NCBI RefSeq assembly: GCF_902713615.1
Contig: NC_052146.1
Coordinates: forward strand, 310,078,335-310,142,334
DNA from: Scyliorhinus canicula
Taxonomy: Eukaryota
Direction of reading: 5' to 3'
DNA: 64,000 bases
Below the pieces are notes generated by a model. It made no database searches. It saw only the letters and a program-made list of their open reading frames with translations, and had not been told where the DNA came from. Below, piece after piece: positions 49,880 to 61,662 of the stretch. Numbering within the stretch: the stretch's first letter is position 1; the number at the start of each line of letters is the position of its first letter. Position numbers and translations under genes: made by a program.

Positions 49880-51670
49880 GAAATAACTACATTTATCAGA
49901 GAAACAGTTCATAAATAAATGGAGAAAAACTTACCTCATGCCCTACACCTGGGGGTGCCAGGAACGCTTTGCCAGCGGAGGTGGTAGAGGCGGGCACTAT
50001 AGCATCATTTAAGATGCATCTGGACTGATATATGAACGGGCGGGAACAGAGGGAAGTAGATCCTTGGAAAATAAATGACAGGTTTAGATAAAGGATCTGG
50101 ATCGGCGCAGGCTGAGAGGGCCGAAGGGCCTGTTCCTGTGCTATAATTTTCTTTGTTCGTCTTTGTTCTTTGTACCAATATATATATTCCAAATAAGCAA
50201 CCCACTACAGTTCAAAATCCATTCATAAATAAAGTTGACAATCAGGATTACTCAATGTTCTCTGTGCAGACGTTCAATGAGAGAGGCCCTTTCAGGAACA
50301 ACCTGAAAATCCTTCTGTCTTATCGGACTCAAATCCTCTGACAAAACTGTGAAAGCCACATGCAGACCTGGCTCCTCCCATTAATTATATAATCTGTATC
50401 CCAATGTGATGTTCCATGACCTGCCCAGCGAGGACTAAACACCATCCCTCACCAATTATCTACACTCCAGTGACTCTCCAAATACAGATACCAGATCCTG
50501 TTGGCCATCACTCTGTAAACAAATAAATGGTTAAATTGAACGATGACCTCACATTGACGACTCCTTCATTGCAGCTTTAAGAACAAAGAAAAGTACAGCA
50601 CAGGACCTCCCCTTCAGCTCCAAGCCTGCACCGTCCATATGAAATGAAATGAAAATCGCTTATTGTCACGAGTAGGCTTCAAATGAAGTTACTGTGAAAA
50701 GCCCCTAGTCGCCACATTCCGGCACCTGTTCAGGGAGGCTGTTACGGGAAGCAAACCGTGCTGCTGGCTTGCCTTGGTCTGCTTTCAAAGCCAGCGATTA
50801 GCCCTGTGAGCTAAACAGCCCCTATATTGCAATCGAACTGAAAACCTTCTACACTTCCGGGGTACTTATCCCTCTATTCCCATCCTATTTATGGATTTGT
50901 CAAGGTGCCCCATAAACATCACTTTCGTATCTGCGTTCACCATCTTCTCCTACAGCGAGTTTCACGCGACCCTCCGTGTAATAAAAATTCCCTTGCACAT
51001 CTCCTCTAAACTTTGCCCCTTACATCTTAAACCTGTGCTCCCTAGACTCTTCCATCCTGGGATAAAGCTTTTGCTTCTCTACTCTGTCCATGCCCCTCAT
51101 AATTTTGGAGACTTCTATCAGTTGCCCCTCAACGTCCGCCGCTCTAGTGAGAACAAACCATGTTTCTCCAACCTCTCCTTATAGGCAATGCTCTCCATAC
51201 CAGGCAACATCCTGATAAACTTCTGCTATACCCTCTCCAAATCCTCCACATCCTTCTGGTAGTGTGGCGACCAGAATTAAACACTGTATTCCAAGTGGCC
51301 GAACTAAGGTTCTGTACAACTAGAGCATGACTTGCCAATTTTTATGCTCAATTGCCTGACCGATGAAGACAGGCAGTCCGTCTGACTCCTTGACAACCTT
51401 CTCCACCTGTTTTGCCACTTCCACTGACCTGTGTACCTGTACACCCAGATCCTTCTGCCTGTCAATATTCTCAACGGTTCTGGCATTTACTGCATATTTC
51501 TCAAATATGTTAGACCTTCCAAAAAGCAGTACCTCATATTGAGCCCAAGTCTTTAAACGATCTATATCCTGCCGTATCCTCTGAGAGTCCTCATCGCTAT
51601 CCACAATTCCAACAACCTGATGTCATCTGCAAACGTACTAATCAGACCACTAACACTGTCCTCCAAACAG
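49880..51670 (-). mobile_element. CR1 3' fragments with interspersed SINEs
   Basis: CR1 3' UTR at 49880-50160; ORF2 C-terminal remnants at 50830-51670. Confidence 0.8.
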
Positions 51671-51674
51671 CAAA

Positions 51675-52180
51675 GGTCCTCATATACCCCAAGAGTAAAC
51701 CCCAATTAGGGTTAGGCAGCTGTCGTGCACACTCCCGGGGAAGTGTGCACACACGAGCACGATCTCCATGTGGTGGTCGCACACAGGTTGGAGGTTCAGG
51801 GAGTGGAATCCCTTTCGGTTGGTGAAGGGAACTCTCTGATGCCCCGGTGCGAGCAAGTGGACATGCGTGCCATCTGTTACCCCTGGATCTGGGGTATCCC
51901 AGCGATGCCCCCCCCCCTCCCCCCCATCCCCCCCCCCCCCCCCCCCCGTACAGCTGAGGCAGCCGTGGGGCCGTGGCCTTGGCTCTGGCAGCTCTCCTGG
52001 ATCAACCATCATTTGCCTCAGTGTTGGGAACTGAATCCGGATTGGAGAACGGGATACACTCAGTTTGGGGGTGAGGTGGGGGGGGGGGGGGGTGGCGTGA
52101 GGGGTGAGGTGGGGGGGGGTGAGGTGGGGGGGTGAGGTGGGGGGTGAGGTGGGTGTGAGGGGGGGGGGCTGACTGTACAC
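51675..52180 (-). mobile_element. Harbinger transposase fragment
   Basis: DGTHVHLLAP...FTNRKGFHSLNLQPVCDH...AHFPGSVHD. Confidence 0.85.
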
Positions 52181-53176
52181 GGCAGCAGAATGGTTGTGAG
52201 GATTCAGTGTCAGGGAAAGGTGATCATTCCGAGGGAAGCAGTGAGCTGGATGGGGAGGGGATTAGGGAATTTCCGGCAACATTTCTGCAGCACCGGAGCA
52301 CAGAGCAGAGAAGCAGAGGAGCTGGAATGTCAGAGGAGGGATTGGGAGATGTGGGGCTCCATGAGTGGGGACAGGGTGTGGGGAGAGCCTGAGACTGGGA
52401 GGTGTAATCAGGAGCTGCCGTCCATCCAGACTCACATCACTCTGCTCACTGACGCTGCTATTCCTATTCACATTCCCAGCGGCATTCCTGTTGTTCCCTC
52501 AGTTCCTATTTCTATTATTTGGTCTCTATCTTTTTTGGTACATGACCTTTAATTTGTGCAGAGTAAGGAACACAAGGGTGGGGGTGCTGGATATTACATA
52601 ATAGTTAACCAGTTGTATTTGTTGCTTATTTAATTATAGTTATTTTTAATAAGAAGTTAATTATGTTTAAATTTACAAACCTGGTGACTGTATTTCTTGG
52701 GCAGCAGAAGACCTCGGGAATTGTAAAATAAAGTTTAACATCAACCGTGTTGTGACACTGGGTCAAGTGGGGCTGGAATTGACCGTGCACTGACCCAGGG
52801 TGTTGGAACAATATGTTTCAACTGATTGACATTGACCTCCAATGTATTTAAACAAGAGCTGATGTGTCTCATTTACATTTGCTCCAAGTGAGACAATCAG
52901 AGACCGGCTGTCTGCAAACAAAAGGAATATGTTCAAGCCGTGTTCCTTTATTTGAATTCAACAGGAGATTTGGGAGCCTTGAATTTGCGGTATTCTCCAT
53001 GGCATTGTTTCAGCCAATCAGAGTTGATGTCTTTTTAAGTAATTTTTATTGTCACAAGTAGTCTTACATTAACACTGCTATGAAGTTACTGTAAAATGCT
53101 CCGAGTCGCCACATTCCGGACGGCAGTTCGGGTACACAGAGGGAGAATTCAGAATGTCCTAATTTCCAAACAACAC

Positions 53177-53779
53177 GGGCAGGTTTCTGCAACACCCTGC
53201 CAAGTCGGAGAATCGATGGGGGACGGTGTGAATCCCGCCCCAGCTGGCTGCCGAATTCTCCAGTGCCGGAGATTTGGCGTGGGTGGGAATCGGCCCTCCC
53301 GGCCATCAGGCAATTCTCCGGCCTGTGATGGGCCGAGTGGCCGCCCGTTTGTTGCCGATCCCGCCGGCGTAATTTAGAGTAGGTCCTTACAAGCGGGACC
53401 TCGTGGCGCGGGCGGCCTCCGGTGTCCTCGGGGGGGGGGGGGGGGGGGGGGGATGAGTGGGGGGATCTGGCCCCAGGAGGCGCCCCCACGGGGGTCTGGC
53501 CCACCATCGGGGCCCACCGATCCGCGGACAGGCCTGCGCCGTGGGGGCACTCTATTCCTCCGCGTCGGCTGCTGTTCCTCCGCCATGACAGACGCGGAGA
53601 TGAGCTCCCCCCACCAGCACATGCTGGCGCTACCACGCATGCGCTAACTTGTGCCGGCCGGCAGAGGCCCTTCGGCACCGGTTGGCTTGGCACCATTCCC
53701 CTTCCTTGCCGGCCTGTGATTCACGCCACTCCTTCTCGCTAGAGTTGGCCACCCCGCCGATTCCCGCAGAATCCCGCAC
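53177..53779. mobile_element. Harbinger MITE nested in a SINE (SINE spans 53055-53945, - strand)
   Basis: Termini GGGCAGGTTTCTGC / GCAGAATCCCGCAC (11 of 14 match); 3-bp TSD CAC on both sides; SINE is contiguous when the MITE is removed. Confidence 0.85.
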
Positions 53780-54247
53780 CACATTTTTCGGGATGTATGT
53801 GAGGAAACGGAGCACCCGGAGGAAACCCACGCTGACACAGGGAGAATGTGCAGACTCCGCACAGACAGTGACCCAAGCCGGGAATCAAACCTGGAACCTG
53901 AGAGCAGTGAAACAACAGTGATAACCACTGCGCTGCAGTGTCACCCATTGGCACCATTTCCCCCTGAAGAATAAATTGTGATTCTTTGAAATTAAACTGT
54001 GTTTTTCTCGATGAGTACAAAATGAAATACTTCAACAATGTGTCTCTTTTCAACAAGATTCGATCCTAAACAATTAAGCAACTGATTTTTTATTTATTCT
54101 CACAAATATATTTTGCTTTATTTGAATGAATCAGCCCATTGGTTCAGTCTTAGAATCTGGTTCTCTCTTTTTAATACCGAACATTCTCTTTAAACACTTT
54201 GGAACCTTCAGACTGGTGTTTAACTTGTTGATATTTTTCTCTTAAAG

Positions 54248-54592
54248 GTGCGAATCCTCCAGTCCTTATCCAGTCCCCGAGTCTGGAACGTGTCACAGAG
54301 GGTCAGACTGCACGGTTACAGTGCACCATGCGGAACGCCGCAGTGACACACACCGATGTTCACTGGAACCGGGAGCTGCCAGGGAAAGATATGGAGAGGG
54401 TTTTAACACATGATATAAAGAACAACACACAACGGAGTCCGGGTTTCACTGAGCGTTTCCATCCTTCCCGAGACACGTCCAATAAAACCTTCATCCTGAC
54501 AATCAGCAACGTGCAGCCCAGTGACACTGCCGTCTATTACTGCTCCGTGTGGGGAGATATCAGTGGGAATGGATCACAGCTGAATGTAACCA
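54248..54592 (+). CDS. V-set Ig exon V2 (antigen-receptor-like V with fused J-like strand)
   Basis: Acceptor TTTTTCTCTTAAAG|, donor A|GTAAGT, 345 nt, phase 1-1, open. GANPPVLIQSP...LQC...VHWNRELPGK...FILTISNVQPSDTAVYYC-SVWGDI-SGNGSQLNVT; 77 of 115 aa identical to V1. Confidence 0.94.
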
Positions 54593-54880
54593 GTAAGTAC
54601 AATTTCCATGATTCTCAAGTTGTTTTGCTCACAGATGGAATCTTCTTGAACTTATCTTCCAGAATATAAATTCTTTGACTCCTTTGTTTACGCTGGTTAT
54701 TGCCAATGTGGTGCTTCAAACTGTTTTGTTTTATATTCACTTTATTGGCAAGGTGCCATCCCTAACTGCCCTGGAGAAGGTGGTGGTGAGCTGCTGCACT
54801 CCATGTGGTGTAGGTACTGCTGTTAGGGAGGGAGTTCCAGGATTGTGACCCAGCGACAGTGAAGGAACGGCGATACATTT

Positions 54881-55570
54881 TGTTACGACACCCTGGGCCA
54901 GGGCACGGTCAGTTCCAGCCCCACAGACCCCGGAGTCTCAACATAAGTGAATTAACCAGTAACTTGTGTACTTTCCTGAGATCTTTGACCCTTGACCTCT
55001 CCAATGAGTTATCAGCACAGGATTGGAAAGTAAAACATTAAAAAAATGTTTATTTATATAAAGAGAACAAGATGAACAGATAATGGAAATAATATAACAG
55101 TGATCTATTAATATAAATGTTCCCCAATCACAGTCCCACCCTCCAGCCACATGCACACAAGACAGACACACAGGGGGGAAGGGAAAGGATCGAAATGATG
55201 GGGATTAAACTGGGTGTGAGATATTTAAGGATCTTTGCTGCTGAGGTTGAGGTTTTTGTCGGCAGTGATCTCTTCAGAATGCGATGTGTTGAACCATCAG
55301 TTGGGTTAGATCTTCAAGCTGGGCCATTCAGGCTGGATTCTCAGGCTGTGGGATTCCATCTGGAAGGAGAACTTCAATCCTGCTGAGTTTCTGATATGTG
55401 GTCAGCTTCAGCAGACTCACCAACAACTTGTCTCAGTTACACAGAATATTAGAGCAGCATTTTCCTGAGGCCTTTGACTGGTCTGGTACCTTTAATAGAA
55501 GAGGGATCTGGAATGATCCCCCCTCCCCAGCTCTGTATTCAGGTTTTCAGTACTCACTAACTGCTTTGTG
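54881..55570. mobile_element. LTR-like sequence; related inverted fragment ends at 52810
   Basis: TGTTACGACACCCTGGGCCAGGGCACGGTCAGTTCCAGCCCCAC closely matches the reverse complement of 52765-52810; right boundary uncertain. Confidence 0.55.
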
Positions 55571-55974
55571 TACCTGAAGGGAGTTCAAACTGAGATTTGA
55601 CAGAGAATTGCCCTCTTTTGGGACAGAGATTCAAAAGGATTCTGCTCAGTTCTGCAGTTTGGAAAAATCTGGGGCGGCCAACACCGATTCGTCCTCCAAC
55701 ACAGCCGGAGACTTCTCAGCTCAGACTCTCTTTGGCATTCCATGGACCACAACAGTTTTCCATGTTTCTGTAACATGGCCAACATGCATTGTCTCTCAGT
55801 CTCTAACTGAGCCAGTCTCTGAGGGTTTGGTTTATAAGGAGGTGGCTTTGGAGGTTGAAAAGGTTTGAAGTCCCCACCATGGGGGGTGAACAGACTGCCC
55901 CCTGGTACTTCCCTCCAACTTGGTCTACACTCCTTGGCACCTTCTCTAAACCTGACTCTGTCCCTCACCACTCG

Positions 55975-56640
55975 CTGTGTGAATCTGTCTACATCACACT
56001 CTCAGACAGAACATTCCGGATCCTAACCACTCGCTGTGTCAATTTGCCTCCACCACACTTTCAGACAGAACATTCCAGATCCTAACCACTTGCTGTGTGA
56101 ATCTGTCTCCACCACACTCAGACAGTAGATTCCAGATCCTAACCACTCGCTGTGTGAATCTGCCTCCACCACACTCTCAGACAGTACATTCCAGACCCTA
56201 ACCACTCGCTGTGTGAATCTGCCTCCACCACGCTCTCAGACAGTACATTCCAGACCCTAACTGCTCGCTGTGTGGAAGAAGTTTTTTCTTCATTTCGCAA
56301 TTGTCGTTTTTGCAAATTATTTTTTTGCCCTCTGTCTCTCAATCTTTTCAGAAAGTGGAACAGTTTCTCCCTGTCTGCTCTGGTCAGAACTCCAGTGATT
56401 TTGAACATCTCTATCAAACCTCCTCTGATCCTTCTTCTCTCCAAAGAGAATGGTCCAACTTCTCCAATATATCCCCAGAACTGAAGTTCCTCATCCCTGG
56501 ATCCATTGTCTTGAATCTTTGCTGCACTCTCTCCGATACCTTCACATCCTTCCTGAAGTGCGATACCCAGAACTGGATGTAATATTCTGATTGAGGCTGA
56601 ACTAATATCTGAAGCTGAATATACTGAAGCTGCCGTGTGT
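55975..56640 (-). mobile_element. CR1 3' fragment with ~59-bp tandem expansion (55975-56270)
   Basis: TQRAVRVWNVLSESVVEADS repeated; YYIQFWVSHFRKDVKVSERVQQR. Confidence 0.85.
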
Positions 56641-56662
56641 CTAACATTCTGATATTTTACAG

Positions 56663-56813
56663 AACAATCATCCGACAAGAATCCCAGGACTTCAGATGTG
56701 ATTGTTTTAAGCACGGGGATAATCCTGGCCTTTGTTGTCTTGTTCTGCTTTGCTCTGCTCACATGTTATCTTGTAAAAAAGAGGTTGCACTCTGCAAAGA
56801 ACTCCACACAAAG
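56663..56813 (+). CDS. Short stalk, transmembrane and stop-transfer exon
   Basis: Acceptor ATTCTGATATTTTACAG|, donor AG|GTAAAT; phase 1-2 fits V2; KQSSDKNPRTSD-VIVLSTGIILAFVVLFCFALLTCYLV-KKRLHSAKNSTQ; no charged residue in the TM. Confidence 0.88.
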
Positions 56814-58039
56814 GTAAATATGACACGTCTTGTGTTTGATACTGTTACTGCACAGGGTCATTATTTTATAACTTGCTGCTTTTATTGAGCAGCCACATTC
56901 CCCTTGCAGCCTAGCGTTCAAGTGGTGTGAGCTGGTACTGTTGAGACCAACACATGTGCCAGTGCTTGACTGGTGCCAGTCATCTCCAACTGTCCTGGCA
57001 TCACAACCACCCCAGTATTGACCAACAGGCACCTAACTGCTGCTGCTGAGAGCCAGGATGGTTTTAACAGTTGAAGCTCTAAACCTCGCCCTTCGGACAT
57101 TAGTGCTGGATAATTGCCACCCTCGCCCTGCGTGCTGGTTCAGTGCCCGTGTCTCGCTGGCTGCACAGTCCCTCATGGTGGTTGGAACAAACTAGTGTTC
57201 ATGCTCTCTGTCTAAACAGCCCATGTCGGCCTTTACTCTCCCCACAAGGAAATAGTTCTCATCATATTCACACCATGGTCCCATATCTCTTCAGCGTTCT
57301 TTTTCATCACCTCCCTCTCCAATCTAATCTCAAATGTTGACATTATTTCTGTCTCACCCACTAGTCTGGGTAAATCCCACATCCTCCCGACTCTGTGTCA
57401 AGATATTTACCTGCCCTCTTCTAAGTCTCTTCCATCAGCTTGTGTCCAGAGCTCCTCAATCTTCACCCTCCCTGCAAAAGTCTGCTTCCATCTCTTCTAT
57501 CCCAAGTTTAAAGAATTTTGAAGACCTTTGATCATATTGCTCTGCAATCTGGGTTATGCTGATGATAAAAAATGTCTCCCGTCTTTCATTGTATTTGTTT
57601 TCCTGACACCAGATCCAATCGCAGTGAATCTCTCCTGTTTCCTCACTAAAGCCTGACAGCTTAATCAGCTTGGAGTGGAGAGCTCTCTAGCATGTCTTCC
57701 AAAACTGATATAACTTTCACTGTCAGTGAAGGACAGACAGCCTCGGTGTTTCTTAACTAACATTCAAAACATTAAAATGTTCCGGAGAATATTGTGCACA
57801 ATGGGTGTTGAAATTTCCAGGTTGTAACGAGACAGCAGTGAGTGCATGGCCCAGATAGCGGAAAATCCAAGTATTCATTGTGGATTCACTGGGAGCCCAG
57901 GGGAATCCTGACCAGTCTGGTTTAGGTGGTGTGACCGTGGACATCTGCACAGTTTGCATTGCTTTGATAGAAATGAGATGGATCAGATTTCCCAGGAGAA
58001 GTCCGCACTGTTTCCAGCCCTTTCCCAAAGTGTGAAATG

Positions 58040-58330
58040 CTTTGTGTTTATTGAGTTGGGAGGTTAATGGGGTGGTGAAAAAGGCAGATGGGACACTTGC
58101 CTTTATCAATCGGGGCATCGATTACAAAAGCAGGGAGGTCATGTTGGAGTTATGTAGAACTTTGGTGAAGCCACAGCTGGAGTACTGTGTGCAATTCTGG
58201 TCACCACAATATAGGAAGGATCTGATTGCACTGGAGGGGGTGCAGAGGAGATTCACCAGGATGTTGCCTGGGATGGAACGTTTAAGTTATGTTCATAGAA
58301 CATAACTTAAATGTTCCATCCCAGGCAACA
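58040..58330 (+). mobile_element. CR1 fragment with inverted piece
   Basis: LEYCVQFWSPQYRKDLIALEGVQRRFTRMLPG, then a short inverted duplication at ~58300-58330. Confidence 0.85.
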
Positions 58331-58556
58331 TCCTGGTCAATCTCCTATGAAGAGAGTTTGGATTCCTTTCTTCATTGGAGAGCAAATTCTGCTTATTTAG
58401 TGAATGATTCCGGATATCTGGCTCATCCGTGTCATCGTCCTTAAAAACTGGAATCAAAGGTCCATGTTGGAAAATCTAAACTCCGTCTCCAGCAAGAGTG
58501 TGACCTGTTGTTCTGCGGTAATGCTGCAATGAAGCTAATGTGTGGCATTTCTTTAG

Positions 58557-58600
58557 GATCCCTGATGAAGACCAGAACCCTGTGTATGCAACAGTGGGCG
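58557..58600 (+). CDS. Cytoplasmic exon with tyrosine motif (R)IPDEDQNPVYATVG
   Basis: Acceptor CATTTCTTTAG|, donor G|GTGAGT; phase 2-1 fits the TM exon; YxxV motif. Confidence 0.8.
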
Positions 58601-58859
58601 GTGAGTAAACTAATTCAACCATTGTTGCCACGCTCACCGGGAATTACGCTCGATCCCAGATACCCCTTTGATGCTGTTAGTTTTGGGATGGAATTAACAT
58701 GCGAATAATTTGGTTAATTCATTTGTCTGATTTGCAAAGTTTACCGTTAAATGCTGTAAAGCTACATGGGACAGAATGAAGATGGTAGGAGGCTGTCCCC
58801 AGCCCTGTAGCTGCAGAGTGTGAGACATACTCTCAGGGTGGCAATGTTATTGTCAATGT

Positions 58860-60100
58860 GCAGGGAAGGTCATGTTTACCAACTTAATAGAATTCTTTGT
58901 GGAAGTAACAAAGTTGATTGATGAGGGAAGGGCTGTAGATGTCATATACATGGACTTCAGTAAGGCATTTGATAAGGTTCCCCATGGTAGGCTGATGGAG
59001 AAAGTGAAGTCTCATGGGGTCCAGGGTGTACTAGCTAGATGGATAAAGAACTGGCTGGGCAACAGGAGACAGAGAGTAGTAATGGAAGGGAGTTTCTCAA
59101 AATGGAGAACTGTGACCAGTGGGGTTCCACAGGGCTCTGTGCTGGGACCACTGTTTGTGATATACATAAATGATCTGGACGAAGGTATAGGTGGTCTGAT
59201 TAGCAAGTTTGCAGATGACACTAAGATAGATGGAGTAGCAGATAGTGAAGGGGACTGTCAGAGAATACAGCAGAATATAGATAGATTGGAGAGTTGGGCG
59301 GAGAAATGGCAGATGGAGTTCAATCCGGGCAGATGCGAGGTGATGCATTTTGGAAGATCCAATTCAAGAGTGAACTATACAGTAAATGGAAAAGCCCTGG
59401 GGAAAATTGATGTACAGAGATCTGGGTGTTCAGGTCCATTGTACCCTGAAAGGTGGCTGCGCAGGTCGATAGAGTGGTCAAGAAGGCATACAGCATGCTT
59501 TCCTTCAACGGAAGGGGTATTGAGTTCAAGAGTCGGCTGGTCATGTTACAGTTGGATAGACTTTGGTTCGGTCACATTTGGAATACTGCGTACAGTTCTG
59601 ATCGCCACATTACCAAAAGGATGTGGATGCTTTGGAGAAGGTGCAGAACAGGTTCACCAGGATGTTCCTGGTATGGAGGGTGCTAGCTATGAAGAGAGGT
59701 TGAGTAGATTAGGATTATTTTCATCAGAAAGACCGATGTTGAGTTGGGACCTCATTGAGGTCTACAAAATCATGAGAGGTATAGACAGGGTGGATAGCAA
59801 GAAGCTTTTTCCCAGAGTGAGGGACTCAATTACTAGGGGTCATGAGTTCAAGGTGAGAGGGGAAAAGTTTAAGGGAGATATGCGTGGAAAGTTCTTTACG
59901 CAGAGGGTGGTGGGTGCCTGGAACGCATTGCCGGCGGAGGTGGTAGAGGAGGGCACGAGAGCGACATTTAAGATGTATCTCGACAGACACATGACTGGGC
60001 AGAGAGCAGAGGGATACAGATCCTTAGAAATTGGTGACAGTTTTAGATAGAGGATCTGGATCGGTGCAGGCTTGGAGGGCCGAAGGGCCTGTTCCTGTGC
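58860..60100 (+). mobile_element. 5'-truncated CR1 (RT and 3' UTR), frameshifted
   Basis: DFSKAFDKVPHG, GVPQGSVLGP, FADDTK, WQMEFNP motifs. Confidence 0.93.
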
Positions 60101-60129
60101 TGTTACAGTGAGTGACCCCAAAAGATGAA

Positions 60130-60990
60130 TTTTCAGACATAGAAAGTCCACGGAACGACCTTCGATATTTCACCAGCGTCTGGAATATCCTTGTAGAGTG
60201 ATCACATTGTCAGTTCTCAGAGGGATTCCTGGCATTGGAGATGGGTAAGAGTTGACCGATTAGTTTGAGATGAGAGATTTTGATTGAATTGAGAGAGAAA
60301 AGCTATTTGCTCTGGCGAGTGGGTTAACAACTAGAGATCAGAGATTGAAAATCATTGTGTAAAGATCGAGAGGGGAGACGGGGAGAAATGTTTTTCACTC
60401 AGAGAATTGTCGGGATCTGAAACGCTCGCCCGTAAAATGTGGTGGAAGATGATTCCAGAAATCATCTTCAAAGAGAGTTGGGCAGGTACTTGCTATGGAG
60501 GGAGAGCAGCGAAGGTTTACCAGGCTGAATCCTGGGATGGTGGGACTGTCCTATGAGGAGAGACTAAGTGGGTTAGGATGATATTCACTGGAGTTTAGAA
60601 GAGTGAGAGGGGATCTCATAGAAACTTCTAAAATTCTAACAGGATTAGACAGGGTAGATTCAGAAAGAATGTTCCCGATGGTGGGGAGTCCAGAACTAGG
60701 GGTCATAGTTTGAGGATAAGGGGTAAACCTTTGAGGACTGAGGTGAGGAGAAATGTCTTCACCCAGAGAGAGGGGTGAATCTGTGGAATTCACTCCCACA
60801 GAAAGTAGTTGAGGACAAAATGTTGTGTAATTTCAAGAAGGAATTAGATTTTGCTCTTGGGGCTAAAGGGATCGGGGGATATGGGGTAAGGCGGGATCAG
60901 GGTATTGAACTTGATGATCAGCCACGATCATAATGAATGGGGGAGCAGGCTCGAGGGCCGAATGGCCTCCTCCTGATTCTATTTTCCACG
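60130..60990 (+). mobile_element. Two further CR1 3' fragments
   Basis: 60500-60990 resembles the family at 20480-21230; 60130-60500 is more decayed. Confidence 0.8.
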
Positions 60991-61008
60991 TTTCTGTGTA
61001 TGTCTCAG

Positions 61009-61086
61009 GAATTTACAGGATTCCGGATAAAAAGCAGGAATGTGGGATTAGGCACAATGGCCCTTTAAAGAATCAGCACAGATTCT
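61009..61086 (+). CDS. Candidate optional cytoplasmic exon (G)IYRIPDKKQECGIRHNGPLKNQHRF
   Basis: Two tandem acceptors (TCTCAG|61009 phase 1; TTTACAG|61019 phase 2), donor T|GTGAGT; both options keep frame with the next exon. Confidence 0.5.
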
Positions 61087-61255
61087 GTGAGTTTCTGATT
61101 TCTCTGATGAGCTTTATAACGGAGAGGAGGCCTCATGTCTCCCGGGAAAACTGCCCAAGTCACTCCGGAATTTTCATTTGTTATCATTCCCAGTTTCCTG
61201 AGCTCGGCCTTTACATGGATCTATTCTGAAGAAACATCTTTGTGTTTTCTTTTAG

Positions 61256-61308
61256 ATAAAACACGGAGCAGCAATCAAGAGGTTCAAGAAGCCCCTCCTG
61301 CTCCTTTG
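61256..61308 (+). CDS. Cytoplasmic exon (D)KTRSSNQEVQEAPPAPL
   Basis: Strong acceptor TTTGTGTTTTCTTTTAG|, donor G|GTAAGG; phase 1-0. Confidence 0.72.
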
Positions 61309-61662
61309 GTAAGGAAATGGAAATGGGGCTTAGCTGTTGTTCTTTGCTGCATTTTAGATTTGCTGCCATTTCCCAAAATAGGAACCACATCAATGAAAGA
61401 GGAGGAGTTTGAATGTTACTGTAGTTTACAAATCAATCCTGTTACAGACAGGAGAGTGATAGACAACCTGCTCTGATTTCCCCGCTCCACCTGTCTGTCT
61501 GCACAACGTGTTTTCAATTAGTTGGTGATGGCATATTTTTCAAACCTATTGGGTTCTGTGAACCAATTTATGAATAAACAGCAGAAAACTGGAGGTAACA
61601 GTTACTCAGAAGGTTAGTTTAAACCTGGGGAGGAAGTTTCATAACCTCCCACACCATTACAC

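Noticed and set aside
47881-54592. Calling this an Ig light-chain or TCR locus
   Set aside because: No RSS, no separate J segments and no C1 exon in the window; V2 is followed by a phase-matched TM exon and tyrosine-motif tail.
55251-55290. RSS nonamer GGTTTTTGT downstream of V2
   Set aside because: Best heptamer (CGATGTG, 22-nt spacer) is poor, no J motif follows, and it lies in LTR-like DNA.
57810-57830. Micro-exon CAG|GTTGTAACGAGACAGCA|GTGAGT between TM and cytoplasmic exons
   Set aside because: In the required phase 2 it gives an immediate TAA; at most a truncating isoform.
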